From an uncultured Rikenellaceae bacterium (GTDB taxonomy: Bacteria > Bacteroidota > Bacteroidia > Bacteroidales > VadinHA17): a stretch of DNA of 38,114 nucleotides. The notes below the pieces were generated by a model that worked only from the letters and a program-made list of their open reading frames with translations, was not told the DNA's origin and searched no databases. Below, in pieces: positions 8,030 to 16,169 of the stretch (positions are counted from its first letter, which is position 1; each line of letters opens with the position of its first letter). The stretch is taken from positions 1-38,114 of the forward strand of contig CAYOFK010000004.1 of assembly GCA_964403185.1 (NCBI GenBank), given 5' to 3'. The translations under genes were made by a program, and so were the position numbers.

Positions 8030-9088
8030 CTACTGGATAATTTTTATCTTGGCTCTGTCGCGCAATGTCTCAAATCCTTTGATTACCAGCCTTTGGTTGG
8101 TTTCCAGTCCGCTTATGATCTCTACTTCATATTGATTTTCCAGTCCCGTTGTGATGCGCCGCATTCTGGCTGTGGATTGTTGCACAATAAAAACACGTTT
8201 GCCACGCGCATCCGAGAGTATGTATTCTTTGGGAATGGTAATGATATCCGATTTACGTTGTATTACAATATCTGCTTTCACAAACATACCGGGCCGCAAT
8301 TTCAACTTCGGGTTTTGAACCAGCAGTTTGCATTTAAAAGTCCGTGTCTCAGTACTGATGGCCGGTGAGATCTCACTGATCCTGCCTGAAAGGGTATCTT
8401 CAGGAAAAACATAACTGGTGATGTAAACATTTTGTCCGGTTTTGAGGTCCTGTAAATGTTTTTCAGGAAGGTTGATTTCCATATACATATTGGAATAAGC
8501 CATTAGTTTTACCATGGATTGCCCGGTATTCACTCTGGTTTCAGGAGTATGATAGGGGAGGTCAACGATCGCACCGCCAAAAGGCGCCACAACTTTCATT
8601 TTTTCCAGTCTTATTTGAGCGCTCTCATAATCATATTTTGCATTAATATAAGCGACTTCAGAATTTCTAAACTCTCTGAGTGTCACCCCGCCTTTCTCAT
8701 AAAGTGATTCCTGTTTTCTGAATTCCATTTCTGAGATATCAAAATTGAGTTTCTTAGCCTCAATGGCTATGCCGTTCTCATATTCTTTATCTTCCAGATA
8801 AATGATTACCTGGCCCTGTTTCACCCGGTCTCCCAATTTATAAGGCCGGCCGGTTAAGGGATTAGTGGCGATCCTGTATCTCCCGGTAATTTCAGACATT
8901 AATTCGGTTTCGTGTGTGGCCAGCACTGTTCCCGTGGTATTCACATAGGTTTCAATGTCGCCGGTTTTAATATCCATAACCGATACCGGAATGGCCAGGT
9001 CTGTTTCAATATCATCCGGTTGCCGGTTGCATGATAAAATCCCCAGCAGACCGATACAAGCTAATATAAGGTTCCCTGATTTTTTCAT
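8030..9088 (-). CDS. Efflux periplasmic adaptor (membrane-fusion protein, HlyD/AcrA-like), probable lipoprotein
   Basis: 352 aa. Signal peptide ends in ...GILSC (lipobox-like Cys20). Has the barrel-sandwich / coiled hairpin / beta-barrel pattern typical of MFPs (…GQVIIYLEDKEYE…VVAPFGGAIVDL…). Sits between the TolC-like and RND genes with a 4-nt gap to the upstream gene. Confidence 0.85.
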   Translation of the reverse strand: MKKSGNLILACIGLLGILSCNRQPDDIETDLAIPVSVMDIKTGDIETYVNTTGTVLATHETELMSEITGRYRIATNPLTGRPYKLGDRVKQGQVIIYLEDKEYENGIAIEAKKLNFDISEMEFRKQESLYEKGGVTLREFRNSEVAYINAKYDYESAQIRLEKMKVVAPFGGAIVDLPYHTPETRVNTGQSMVKLMAYSNMYMEINLPEKHLQDLKTGQNVYITSYVFPEDTLSGRISEISPAISTETRTFKCKLLVQNPKLKLRPGMFVKADIVIQRKSDIITIPKEYILSDARGKRVFIVQQSTARMRRITTGLENQYEVEIISGLETNQRLVIKGFETLRDRAKIKIIQ

Positions 9089-9092
9089 GTGT

Positions 9093-10613
9093 TTATTTTA
9101 ATGTTTCAAGAATGGCCTCCGAATCATTGAATAACTCAGAGGGGATTACCGGTTTATTCTTCTCAAAATCGTACAATGATTGAATTTTGAGGTTCAGTAA
9201 TTCGATTTTGTAATTAATTAATGCCTGTGCCAGGCTCATTTTCTTCTCAGACAATTGGGTTTGGAACAGGTTCAGATCCATCCCGGTCAGATCCCCGTTC
9301 TCATAACGTTCAAGGTTGATTTCATAGGTTAACTGGGCATTTTTATCATTTTGCCGGGCGATGTCGATTTGATTGAGCTGGTTCTCCAGATTCCGGTACA
9401 CTTTTCTGATATCAATGATAATCTGTAGTTTTTGCTGGTCGAAGTTAAGCTCCTGGGTTTTGATAACGGCTTCCTGTGCTTTGATCCGGGCCTTTCTTTC
9501 ACCCCAGTCCCACAATGGTACATTAAAAGCTAAAGATACCCGTGGATTTTGAGTGGGATTATCGTAGATATTCCGGAATTGTTCATTTTCACTAAAAACC
9601 CCGACCGAGATCTGGAGATCTCCCCTGAATTCATTTAGCGACCTGGTGCGGATCAACTGAAACTGGGAGGTTTCAATATCGATTTCACGCTGGCGCAGTT
9701 CCATTCTGGAATTCAGACCGTAATCAACTGCTTTTTCGAGATCCACTGCCACAGTATCTGAAGAAATATCCGCAATTATTATAATGTTTTCATACAGGTC
9801 CATCCCCAGGAAAAATTTGAAATCATCCTTAGCATTTTCAAGAGCAACTGAGTTGTTGTACAGATTCGACCGTGCAGTGCTTAAATTCAGCTCTGCCTGG
9901 TATAACTCTTCCCGGGCTGCCAGCCCTGCATCCACTTTATTGCGAATAATATCAAAACTGTTCTGTGTGTTGGTTAATTCTTCCTGGGCAATGACCAGGC
10001 TCATTTGAGCCAGATGCACATTATAGAAAAACTGCGTGACATTTTTTTCAAGGTTCAGCAACTGCAATGCATAACTGATATTGGCATTCTCATAGTCCAG
10101 TTCAATTTCAGTTAGTTCCAGTTTTTGCCTGTTGTAGGTAAACAAGGGTTGCGTCAGGCTCAGGTACAGATCGTTAGAAAAGGTTTTAATGATCTCTTCT
10201 GATCCTGTAAAATCAGATTTATTATACTGCCATCCCAGGGTATTAACCAGGGAAAGAGTCCCGTCTGTCCATAAAACAGGCTGATCCACCCTGAATGTTC
10301 CCGAAGAAGTGAAATTTTCATTCGTGAACCACTGGGAGAACCGGTTATCAAATGTACGCCTGTTACTGTATTCCATCGGATTCACCGATAAAGAAAACTG
10401 AGATTTTAAGGAGGCCCTTTGCGCGTTCAGGGATTCCCGGGCACGCATCAGGTTAAAAAGCGAGCGCTGGATATCGGGACTGTTCCGGCCCGCAAATTCA
10501 ATCGCTGCATCCAGGGTTATTACCGATTGTGACAAAACAGGCAACCATGCCCCTGAGATCAGGATCAATAAGGTTATTAATATTATTAACCGCTTCATGA
10601 TACTATATTTCAT
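9093..10613 (-). CDS. TolC-family outer-membrane efflux protein
   Basis: ~506 aa with signal peptide MKRLIILITLLILISGAWLPVLSQ. Two internally repeated alpha-helical/beta segments rich in L/Q/E heptads, typical of the OEP family. ATG candidates at 10613 and 10598; the ORF-track start at 10622 is TTG. Confidence 0.85.
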   Translation of the reverse strand: MKYSIMKRLIILITLLILISGAWLPVLSQSVITLDAAIEFAGRNSPDIQRSLFNLMRARESLNAQRASLKSQFSLSVNPMEYSNRRTFDNRFSQWFTNENFTSSGTFRVDQPVLWTDGTLSLVNTLGWQYNKSDFTGSEEIIKTFSNDLYLSLTQPLFTYNRQKLELTEIELDYENANISYALQLLNLEKNVTQFFYNVHLAQMSLVIAQEELTNTQNSFDIIRNKVDAGLAAREELYQAELNLSTARSNLYNNSVALENAKDDFKFFLGMDLYENIIIIADISSDTVAVDLEKAVDYGLNSRMELRQREIDIETSQFQLIRTRSLNEFRGDLQISVGVFSENEQFRNIYDNPTQNPRVSLAFNVPLWDWGERKARIKAQEAVIKTQELNFDQQKLQIIIDIRKVYRNLENQLNQIDIARQNDKNAQLTYEINLERYENGDLTGMDLNLFQTQLSEKKMSLAQALINYKIELLNLKIQSLYDFEKNKPVIPSELFNDSEAILETLK

Positions 10614-10628
10614 CTGTTTCAATAATTT

Positions 10629-13600
10629 TCAATGTTCATCTTGTTTGACAAGCTTTACTGCATCTGCTATCACCTGCCGGCCATCACCAAGATTTGTAAG
10701 TTCAATAACTGCCGTATCGGGTGAGAAATAAAAGGAGCCCAGGCTGTTCCATCCGCCCGAAATATCATTCAGGTCAAGGAGCGGAGTTCCCTGTCCATCA
10801 TCATGATTAATTATAAACTGGTACTTGCCGGCATCCCCGGTTCCTCCCCTGTCTCCTTGTTTCATGACAAAGCCTCTACCCCCGGCTTGTTGAGATTCCA
10901 TATAGAAATAGACTTCGTAATACCCGCTTTCAGGAATTGGAACGTTCCAGATTGCTTTCCTGTCCCCGGCACCCTGTCGTGTATAATATGCCGACCGGAC
11001 GTATCTTCCAAAGAATTTTGAATTGGTGGTCAAGGTCCAGTTCACCGGGATTCTCCAGGTTCTGTATCCCTGATATCTTTGTTCTTCTTCCTTATTCTTT
11101 GACAGAAGTTTAGCAAAAAAACCTTCACTTTCAGGTTGCATGAAGGTAAATTCCGGATCTTCATTATCGACAATGATCTCATTCGGCAGGATCAGATCAA
11201 CCGGGTCATCAACAATCACCTCGCCTTCAAACGGAACCTTTTTATTATTGTCTTCAATAGTCCGGAATGTGTTAATCAATTCCAAAGGGATGTTCTTTGA
11301 AGTTAAAGTTTGGATGGTCATGGCCCTGGGCGCCTGGTCAAGCAAGTAACTGATCTCCTTATTCTGGTTTCCTTCAAGAAAGATCAGTTTTTCAATTGTG
11401 TTGTCTTCCCCGGGCCCGCCGAAACCACCCCTGTCACTGCCACGGCCTCCACCACCTATTCTGAAATTGATCTTCACAATACCAGGAACGGGCTCCAGGT
11501 TTGAGACCTTAAACTCCACCATGGTTTTCATCATTTCCTGGGTTCTCACATTTTCAGCCGTTACGGGACTGAAGATGAATCCCGGCAAAGCTTTGGACTG
11601 GAACCAATCGTCAATAAACTTCTGCAGATCAATGTTAAAACGCTGATCAATCTCATTGGCAAAATCACTGAACGGAACCACATTGAATTTATGACCTTCG
11701 AGATAGGCATATAAAAAAGTTTCAAAATCTTCTTTTCCGGCGGTGGCCTTGATACTTGAGAACAGGAACTCTCCTTTTAGCTTGATCACATTATCAATGA
11801 TCTGAACTTTTTCCGGATCACTCAACAGTTCTGAAAAGCTTTTTTCCTGAAGGGCCATATTTGCTTTTTCATCTTCACTGATCCCTGAGAATTGACGCAT
11901 CCATGAAGTCCTCATATCTGCAAAAGTGCTTTTCAGGTAGGATTCTAAAACCCTGTTAAAAATGGGCAAATCTTCCGCTGCGATATAGTTGACGTAATTG
12001 TAGAAGTTCGGGAAAATGTAATAGGGATTGGCACGTTCCTCAGTTTGCATTTGTCCCCTTCTGTAATTAAAACTGCCCCTGCCCTGTTCATTCGCAAATA
12101 AACCCGCAAAATTATTCAGTGCCCTGACCTCATAATCCATTTTAGTCAGACCCGGGCCGCCTCTTTTCGAGCGCCTCTCCATTCTGTCAATAGTGCCGGC
12201 AAAATTTGCTTCCCGCAAACCCGCTCCCATCTCAGGAATTAAAACCATTTCGGGCTGCACTGATTCAAATCCTCCGGACCAAACATGCTGGAAAGATGCA
12301 TATTGAACCGGCACTTCAACAATGGTAAATCTCTTGTATGGATACCGGAGGTTTATCTTTCTTTCATAATCCTGCAATCGTTCTGAAATGATTTCTGACA
12401 GTGTATCTTTCAATTCCGGAAAAACATCCACAAAATAATCATGATCAGGGTGGAATAGTACAATAAATTCCACGCTGTCAGCCATCAGGGATTTCTTTTC
12501 ATAATTTCCCATAAGCAGGGATAGAAAGGGTAAGGAATTCTCCGGAGTGAAACGCACACCCTCCGGCAGTTTCTCCTCCACGCCCTGGGAAACAGGCATC
12601 AAATCATAGGATGAACGCACATCAAGGGTGAAATCTGTAAAATCCTGGTGTAACCATCCGGGATTGCTGTTGCTGTATGTCACTCCACCGGTTGGATACC
12701 AATTGGTCTCCGGGGTCAGCATAAGATAATCAGGCGAAAGGAATGCGTACCTGTTCTGATAGTATTTTGTCAAGTCCTGACGCGATTCAATATCCATATC
12801 CAGATAACACACTGCTTCATTGATGTTGCCTTCATAGCTGATGGAGAAACTTGCAGATTGCCCGGGAGCCAGAGGCTTCTCAGGCTGAATAAACAACAGG
12901 TGGTGATCGCGGAAAAAGTCCACCTGTTGGCCATTATTTGTAATACCCAACACCTCAAGCCCCGGATTCAGGCTTAGCAGTATCTTTTCGCGGGAGGCCT
13001 CCGTTGTATTCTGTATTGTTATATCTGAACGGACTTTTATACTGTTGCCAAGATGCTCCAACCGGAGATGGTTGGATTGGATTGAAACCACAGGGAAATT
13101 TGCATAATCGTTATTTAATTCAATCATTAAGCCGCGCAGGTTCTGGTTCGATTGAAACTTACTTACATGTAAATATCCAAGATAAAATCCCGCAATCACA
13201 AATACAGCAGCAAAAACCGTTGACAAAATACTTGCCGGTTTCGACTGTGGCAGTCTTTTCAGCAGTACAATGGTCCAGAAAATAAATCCAATCCCTGTTA
13301 ATAAGTATATTCCCCTGTGTATTAGAATTTCATTCATGTTACCAAAACCTGCAATTTCAGATTTCATCATGGGAACATTGTAAGCCATATAATCAAACAG
13401 GTAATACACTTTACCCTTTAAATAAAACACCGTAAGTGCAATATATCCCAGTAAAAGGAGAAAAGTGATGCCCTGGTTCCGGATCACACTCATGATCAGG
13501 AATGAAAGGCCAAGTATAAATATCAGGGTGGGAATGCTGATAAAAAGTAAATATTGCAGATATGCCAAACCATCAAATCCGGTACGTTGTGATACCAGGT

Positions 13601-14033
13601 TAAATATGGCTACCATGACCAATACGACCAGATTCAATGTAAGGAAAACAATGAGGTTTCCAAGGGTTTTTCCCAGTACATAATCGACGTTGCTCATCGA
13701 CCGCATATAAATAACTTCAGTGGTATCCAGTTTTTTATCCCTTTTTAAGAAATCAGAGGCCAGGAAGGCTGCGATGATGGCCTGTGCCATGTTCAGGATC
13801 AGCAAACTCATGTATGGGATCCCGGCGGGAATGATTGAAATGTCCCAGTTGCCGGAACCAAATACTTCGGCCTGGGTCACCAGATTATAAAAGAACAATA
13901 CGACCAGGGCTATGATTCCAAAAATTCTGAAAAACCAGCTCCTGGTGAGGGTGATCATTTCGTATTTTGCAACGGTCCAGATGTGAAAACCAAGCATAGT
14001 GTTGTATTTTTCTGTTAAATTATTCCAAGTCAT
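10629..14033 (-). CDS. ABC-2-type permease (7 TM) fused to a large extracytoplasmic M1-aminopeptidase-like region lacking HEXXH and a golvesin/Xly-CBD-like C-terminal domain (1134 aa)
   Basis: The ATG at 14033 overlaps the upstream ATPase gene by 14 nt. aa 1-~295 hold seven hydrophobic segments. An M1-like layout follows (…RYPYKRFTIVEVP…SGGFES… in place of GAMEN; …FETFLYAYLEGHKFNVVPFSDFANEIDQRFNIDLQKFIDDWFQSKALPGF…). No HEXXH occurs anywhere in the protein. The C-terminus (…GYYEVYFYM…GGWNSLGSFYF…VIADAVKLV) resembles the golvesin C-terminal-like domain. Confidence 0.8.
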   Translation of the reverse strand: MTWNNLTEKYNTMLGFHIWTVAKYEMITLTRSWFFRIFGIIALVVLFFYNLVTQAEVFGSGNWDISIIPAGIPYMSLLILNMAQAIIAAFLASDFLKRDKKLDTTEVIYMRSMSNVDYVLGKTLGNLIVFLTLNLVVLVMVAIFNLVSQRTGFDGLAYLQYLLFISIPTLIFILGLSFLIMSVIRNQGITFLLLLGYIALTVFYLKGKVYYLFDYMAYNVPMMKSEIAGFGNMNEILIHRGIYLLTGIGFIFWTIVLLKRLPQSKPASILSTVFAAVFVIAGFYLGYLHVSKFQSNQNLRGLMIELNNDYANFPVVSIQSNHLRLEHLGNSIKVRSDITIQNTTEASREKILLSLNPGLEVLGITNNGQQVDFFRDHHLLFIQPEKPLAPGQSASFSISYEGNINEAVCYLDMDIESRQDLTKYYQNRYAFLSPDYLMLTPETNWYPTGGVTYSNSNPGWLHQDFTDFTLDVRSSYDLMPVSQGVEEKLPEGVRFTPENSLPFLSLLMGNYEKKSLMADSVEFIVLFHPDHDYFVDVFPELKDTLSEIISERLQDYERKINLRYPYKRFTIVEVPVQYASFQHVWSGGFESVQPEMVLIPEMGAGLREANFAGTIDRMERRSKRGGPGLTKMDYEVRALNNFAGLFANEQGRGSFNYRRGQMQTEERANPYYIFPNFYNYVNYIAAEDLPIFNRVLESYLKSTFADMRTSWMRQFSGISEDEKANMALQEKSFSELLSDPEKVQIIDNVIKLKGEFLFSSIKATAGKEDFETFLYAYLEGHKFNVVPFSDFANEIDQRFNIDLQKFIDDWFQSKALPGFIFSPVTAENVRTQEMMKTMVEFKVSNLEPVPGIVKINFRIGGGGRGSDRGGFGGPGEDNTIEKLIFLEGNQNKEISYLLDQAPRAMTIQTLTSKNIPLELINTFRTIEDNNKKVPFEGEVIVDDPVDLILPNEIIVDNEDPEFTFMQPESEGFFAKLLSKNKEEEQRYQGYRTWRIPVNWTLTTNSKFFGRYVRSAYYTRQGAGDRKAIWNVPIPESGYYEVYFYMESQQAGGRGFVMKQGDRGGTGDAGKYQFIINHDDGQGTPLLDLNDISGGWNSLGSFYFSPDTAVIELTNLGDGRQVIADAVKLVKQDEH

Positions 14034-14919
14034 CCACCCACTGGTCTAGTTTACTTTCCATAAAATAGACGTAGGCATGTTCAAGATTTGGTTCGATGTT
14101 CTTACCGTTAAAACCATTGATATTATCTGCCACTACCTGCACTTCCCATCCTCCGGAAATGGGCACGGTTGAAACCACCGGGAATTTTTCACTGATCTGT
14201 TGAAACTCCGTTTCAGTTGCCTGAATAACCCAGGCATGGCCTTTTACCATTTCAATAAGCGCATCGGGTGCACCATTATAGGCCAGAGATCCCTGGTGCA
14301 GGAGTGCCATATTTTTACATGTACTGGAAATATCGCCAACTATATGAGTGGACAGGATGATGATCACATCCCTTTTACTTATGGTCGCCAGTAAATTCCT
14401 GAACCGGATTCGCTCTTCAGGATCCAGTCCGGTGGTCGGTTCATCAACAATGATGATGTCCGGATCGTTTATTAATGCCTGGGCAATTCCAAGGCGCCGC
14501 TTCATACCTCCTGAAAGTTTGTTTGTTTTGCGGTCCCTTGCTTCAAACAATCCAACATTTTCAAGCATGGAAGCCACTGCTTCTTTCCGTTTCGCACTGC
14601 TTTTCATGCCGGCCAACCGGGCTGTATAATCCAAAAATTCATAGGTCTTAAGCTTCGGGAAAAACCTGAAATCCTGGGGCAGATATCCAAGCATGGCCCT
14701 GATCTCCCGCCGGTTTTTCATCAGGTCCAGGTTGTTAACAGTCACCTTGCCGGCCGTCGGCTTAATTAATGTTGACAAAATACGGATCAGGCTGGACTTT
14801 CCGGCACCGTTTGGACCAAGCAGACCAAAAATGCCATTTTCAATTTTGATGCTGACCTGTTTTAAAGCCCGGTTTCCGTTTTTGTAAGTTTTACTGAGAT
14901 TTTCGATGACTATTTCCAC
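14020..14919 (-). CDS. ABC transporter ATP-binding protein (ABC-2/DrrA-like), first gene of the operon
   Basis: 299 aa with a GTG start; an in-frame TAA lies 2 codons upstream and there is no ATG before the conserved first strand IVIENLSKTY. Motifs: Walker A GPNGAGKSS, Q-loop GYLPQD, signature LSGGMKRR, Walker B IIIVDEPTTGLD, H-loop LSTH. Confidence 0.9.
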   Translation of the reverse strand: MEIVIENLSKTYKNGNRALKQVSIKIENGIFGLLGPNGAGKSSLIRILSTLIKPTAGKVTVNNLDLMKNRREIRAMLGYLPQDFRFFPKLKTYEFLDYTARLAGMKSSAKRKEAVASMLENVGLFEARDRKTNKLSGGMKRRLGIAQALINDPDIIIVDEPTTGLDPEERIRFRNLLATISKRDVIIILSTHIVGDISSTCKNMALLHQGSLAYNGAPDALIEMVKGHAWVIQATETEFQQISEKFPVVSTVPISGGWEVQVVADNINGFNGKNIEPNLEHAYVYFMESKLDQWVDDLE

Positions 14920-15218
14920 AGAATGTTAATTAAGTTATATCAAGGTGATCGCTTATCTGTCTGAAATTCAATTATGCTTGAATATTATTGTTGAAGCTAA
15001 TTAAAAAATCCTTCTCCATATGATGTTATAGAGCCTGTTTAAATATTAGTTGCACATACTTTTAGACGCTTGTAAATCCAAAAGATTACAGATTCGTTTT
15101 CCCGGCAACCATTGGACTGGCAATTCTTTTGATTTATTCCCTTCTCTCTTACAAAAAAAAGTGATGGGAAATTTGGTTTATATTATAAACTTATTTATAT
15201 TTGAAATAAATTTAAAAA

Positions 15219-15432
15219 ATGGAAACGGATAAAACAATTGAAAACGGCGCACAAAACCTTGAGATCATTACTAAGATGATCCGGAGGACCAAACTCAACA
15301 TCCAGCAAGGGAGTTTTCATTTACTTTATTGGAAATGAATTTTCGCTGCTTATTTCAGCTGTGGCTGTAGCATGTGGGTATCTGATCCCCGGTTATATAC
15401 TAAAAACAAGATTTGTCAATGGTCAGTTTTAA
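15219..15432 (+). pseudogene. Remnant (internal deletion plus frame change) of the small multi-TM protein gene that usually precedes HTH_34-type regulators
   Basis: 15219-15338 encodes METDKTIENGAQNLEIITKMIRRTKLNIQQGSFHLLYWK*. From memory, this matches the N-termini of ~200-aa membrane proteins found upstream of such regulators. A second frame (15328-15432) gives …FSLLISAVAVACGYLIPGYILKTRFVNGQF*, which overlaps the regulator ATG by 14 nt as coupled genes do. The middle of the gene is missing. Confidence 0.4.
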
Positions 15433-15709
15433 AAATCTCGATCCCTTATTGCATTCTCAGATCAGGTTGGCTGTAATGTCATTATTAATGAGTGTTGAGG
15501 AGGCTGATTTCAGCTTTATTAAGAAAGAAACGGGGGCTACGGCCGGGAATTTAAGTGTGCAGATCAATAAGCTTAAAGATGCAGGGTACATAAATGTTTC
15601 TAAAAGGTTCAGAAAGAACTATCCGCAAACTTCATGTAAGGTTACTCAGCAGGGAAGAGAGAAATTTGAAGATTATGTAAAGGCATTGGAGCAATATCTG
15701 AAACCGTAA
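15419..15709 (+). CDS. Winged-helix DNA-binding transcriptional regulator (HTH_34 / ArsR-like)
   Basis: MVSFKNLDPLLHSQIRLAVMSLLMSVEEADFSFIKKETGATAGNLSVQINKLKDAGYINVSKRF…TQQGREKFEDYVKALEQYL shows the typical pattern of this ~95-aa family. ATG at 15419; the ORF-track start at 15413 is TTG. Confidence 0.8.
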   Translation: MVSFKNLDPLLHSQIRLAVMSLLMSVEEADFSFIKKETGATAGNLSVQINKLKDAGYINVSKRFRKNYPQTSCKVTQQGREKFEDYVKALEQYLKP

Positions 15710-15715
15710 AACATC

Positions 15716-15925
15716 GTGGAAAACCTACGAGGTTTTCAAAAACCTCGTAGGTTTATTATCGTATATTGAAGGGCTGTCTGGCGGTTCAGAACCGCTTAAC
15801 GCTTTTCCCCCGTTAATAGAAATTTTACCGACACTTCCAGGGCCGTTGGACGCTGGAAGGTCTGGAAAATCTAAGAGGTTTAAACCTTTAGGTTTATTAC
15901 TTTCAGGGCTGTTGAACGTCAGATG
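15716..15925. repeat. Two degenerate copies of a palindrome-plus-tail unit (15716-15785 and 15862-15925) flanking further hairpins
   Basis: Copy 1 is GGAAAACCTACGAGGTTTTCAAAAACCTCGTAGGTTTATTATCG…GAAGGGCTGTCTGGCG. Copy 2 is GGAAAATCTAAGAGGTTTAAACCTTTAGGTTTATTACTT…TCAGGGCTGTTGAACG. The hairpin CTTCCAG-N12-CTGGAAG (15834-15859) lies between them. Confidence 0.55.
15721..15760 (+). terminator. Candidate intrinsic terminator / palindromic repeat unit after the regulator gene
   Basis: AAACCTACGAGGTTTT (15721-15736) pairs perfectly with AAAACCTCGTAGGTTT (15739-15754) and is followed by ATTATCGTAT. It starts 12 nt after the stop codon. Confidence 0.5.
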
Positions 15926-16169
15926 GTCTGCATTAATAAAGCACTAAAGCACTCAGGTACTTCGGCAGCATTCCCCCGACGAGCTATGTTGTCGGGGTTA
16001 ATTCGTCTTTTGAATTTGGCTACCATAGTTAGCCAAATCCAGGTCTCATTAACATTATTCCAATCAATTTTTTGTGTTACTTTGCAGTCTTATGAGTAAC
16101 AGTTGCATATATAAATACAATCCGGCATACGGTGAAAGAAGGGAGCAAGGAAAATCTAAAGCGGAAAAA

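Noticed and set aside
14920-15218. Bacteroidetes-type promoter (TTTG … TAnnTTTG) for the efflux operon
   Set aside because: I read the minus strand of the 300-nt upstream region and found no exact TAnnTTTG with a correctly spaced TTTG, so I did not call a promoter. TSS mapping is needed.
15716-16038. CRISPR array as an explanation for the clustered palindromes (also at 27862-28253 and 31130-31650)
   Set aside because: There is no regularly spaced identical direct repeat. The hairpins differ in sequence and spacing, and no cas genes are in the window.
16074-16169. N-terminal extension of glnS from the GTG at 16074 (MLLCSLMSNSCIYKYNPAYGERREQGKSKAEK)
   Set aside because: The extension is Cys-rich and unlike GlnRS N-termini. 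The conserved …SLNFIEQ… block follows a few residues after the ATG at 16170. The alternative ATG at 16092 cannot be excluded.
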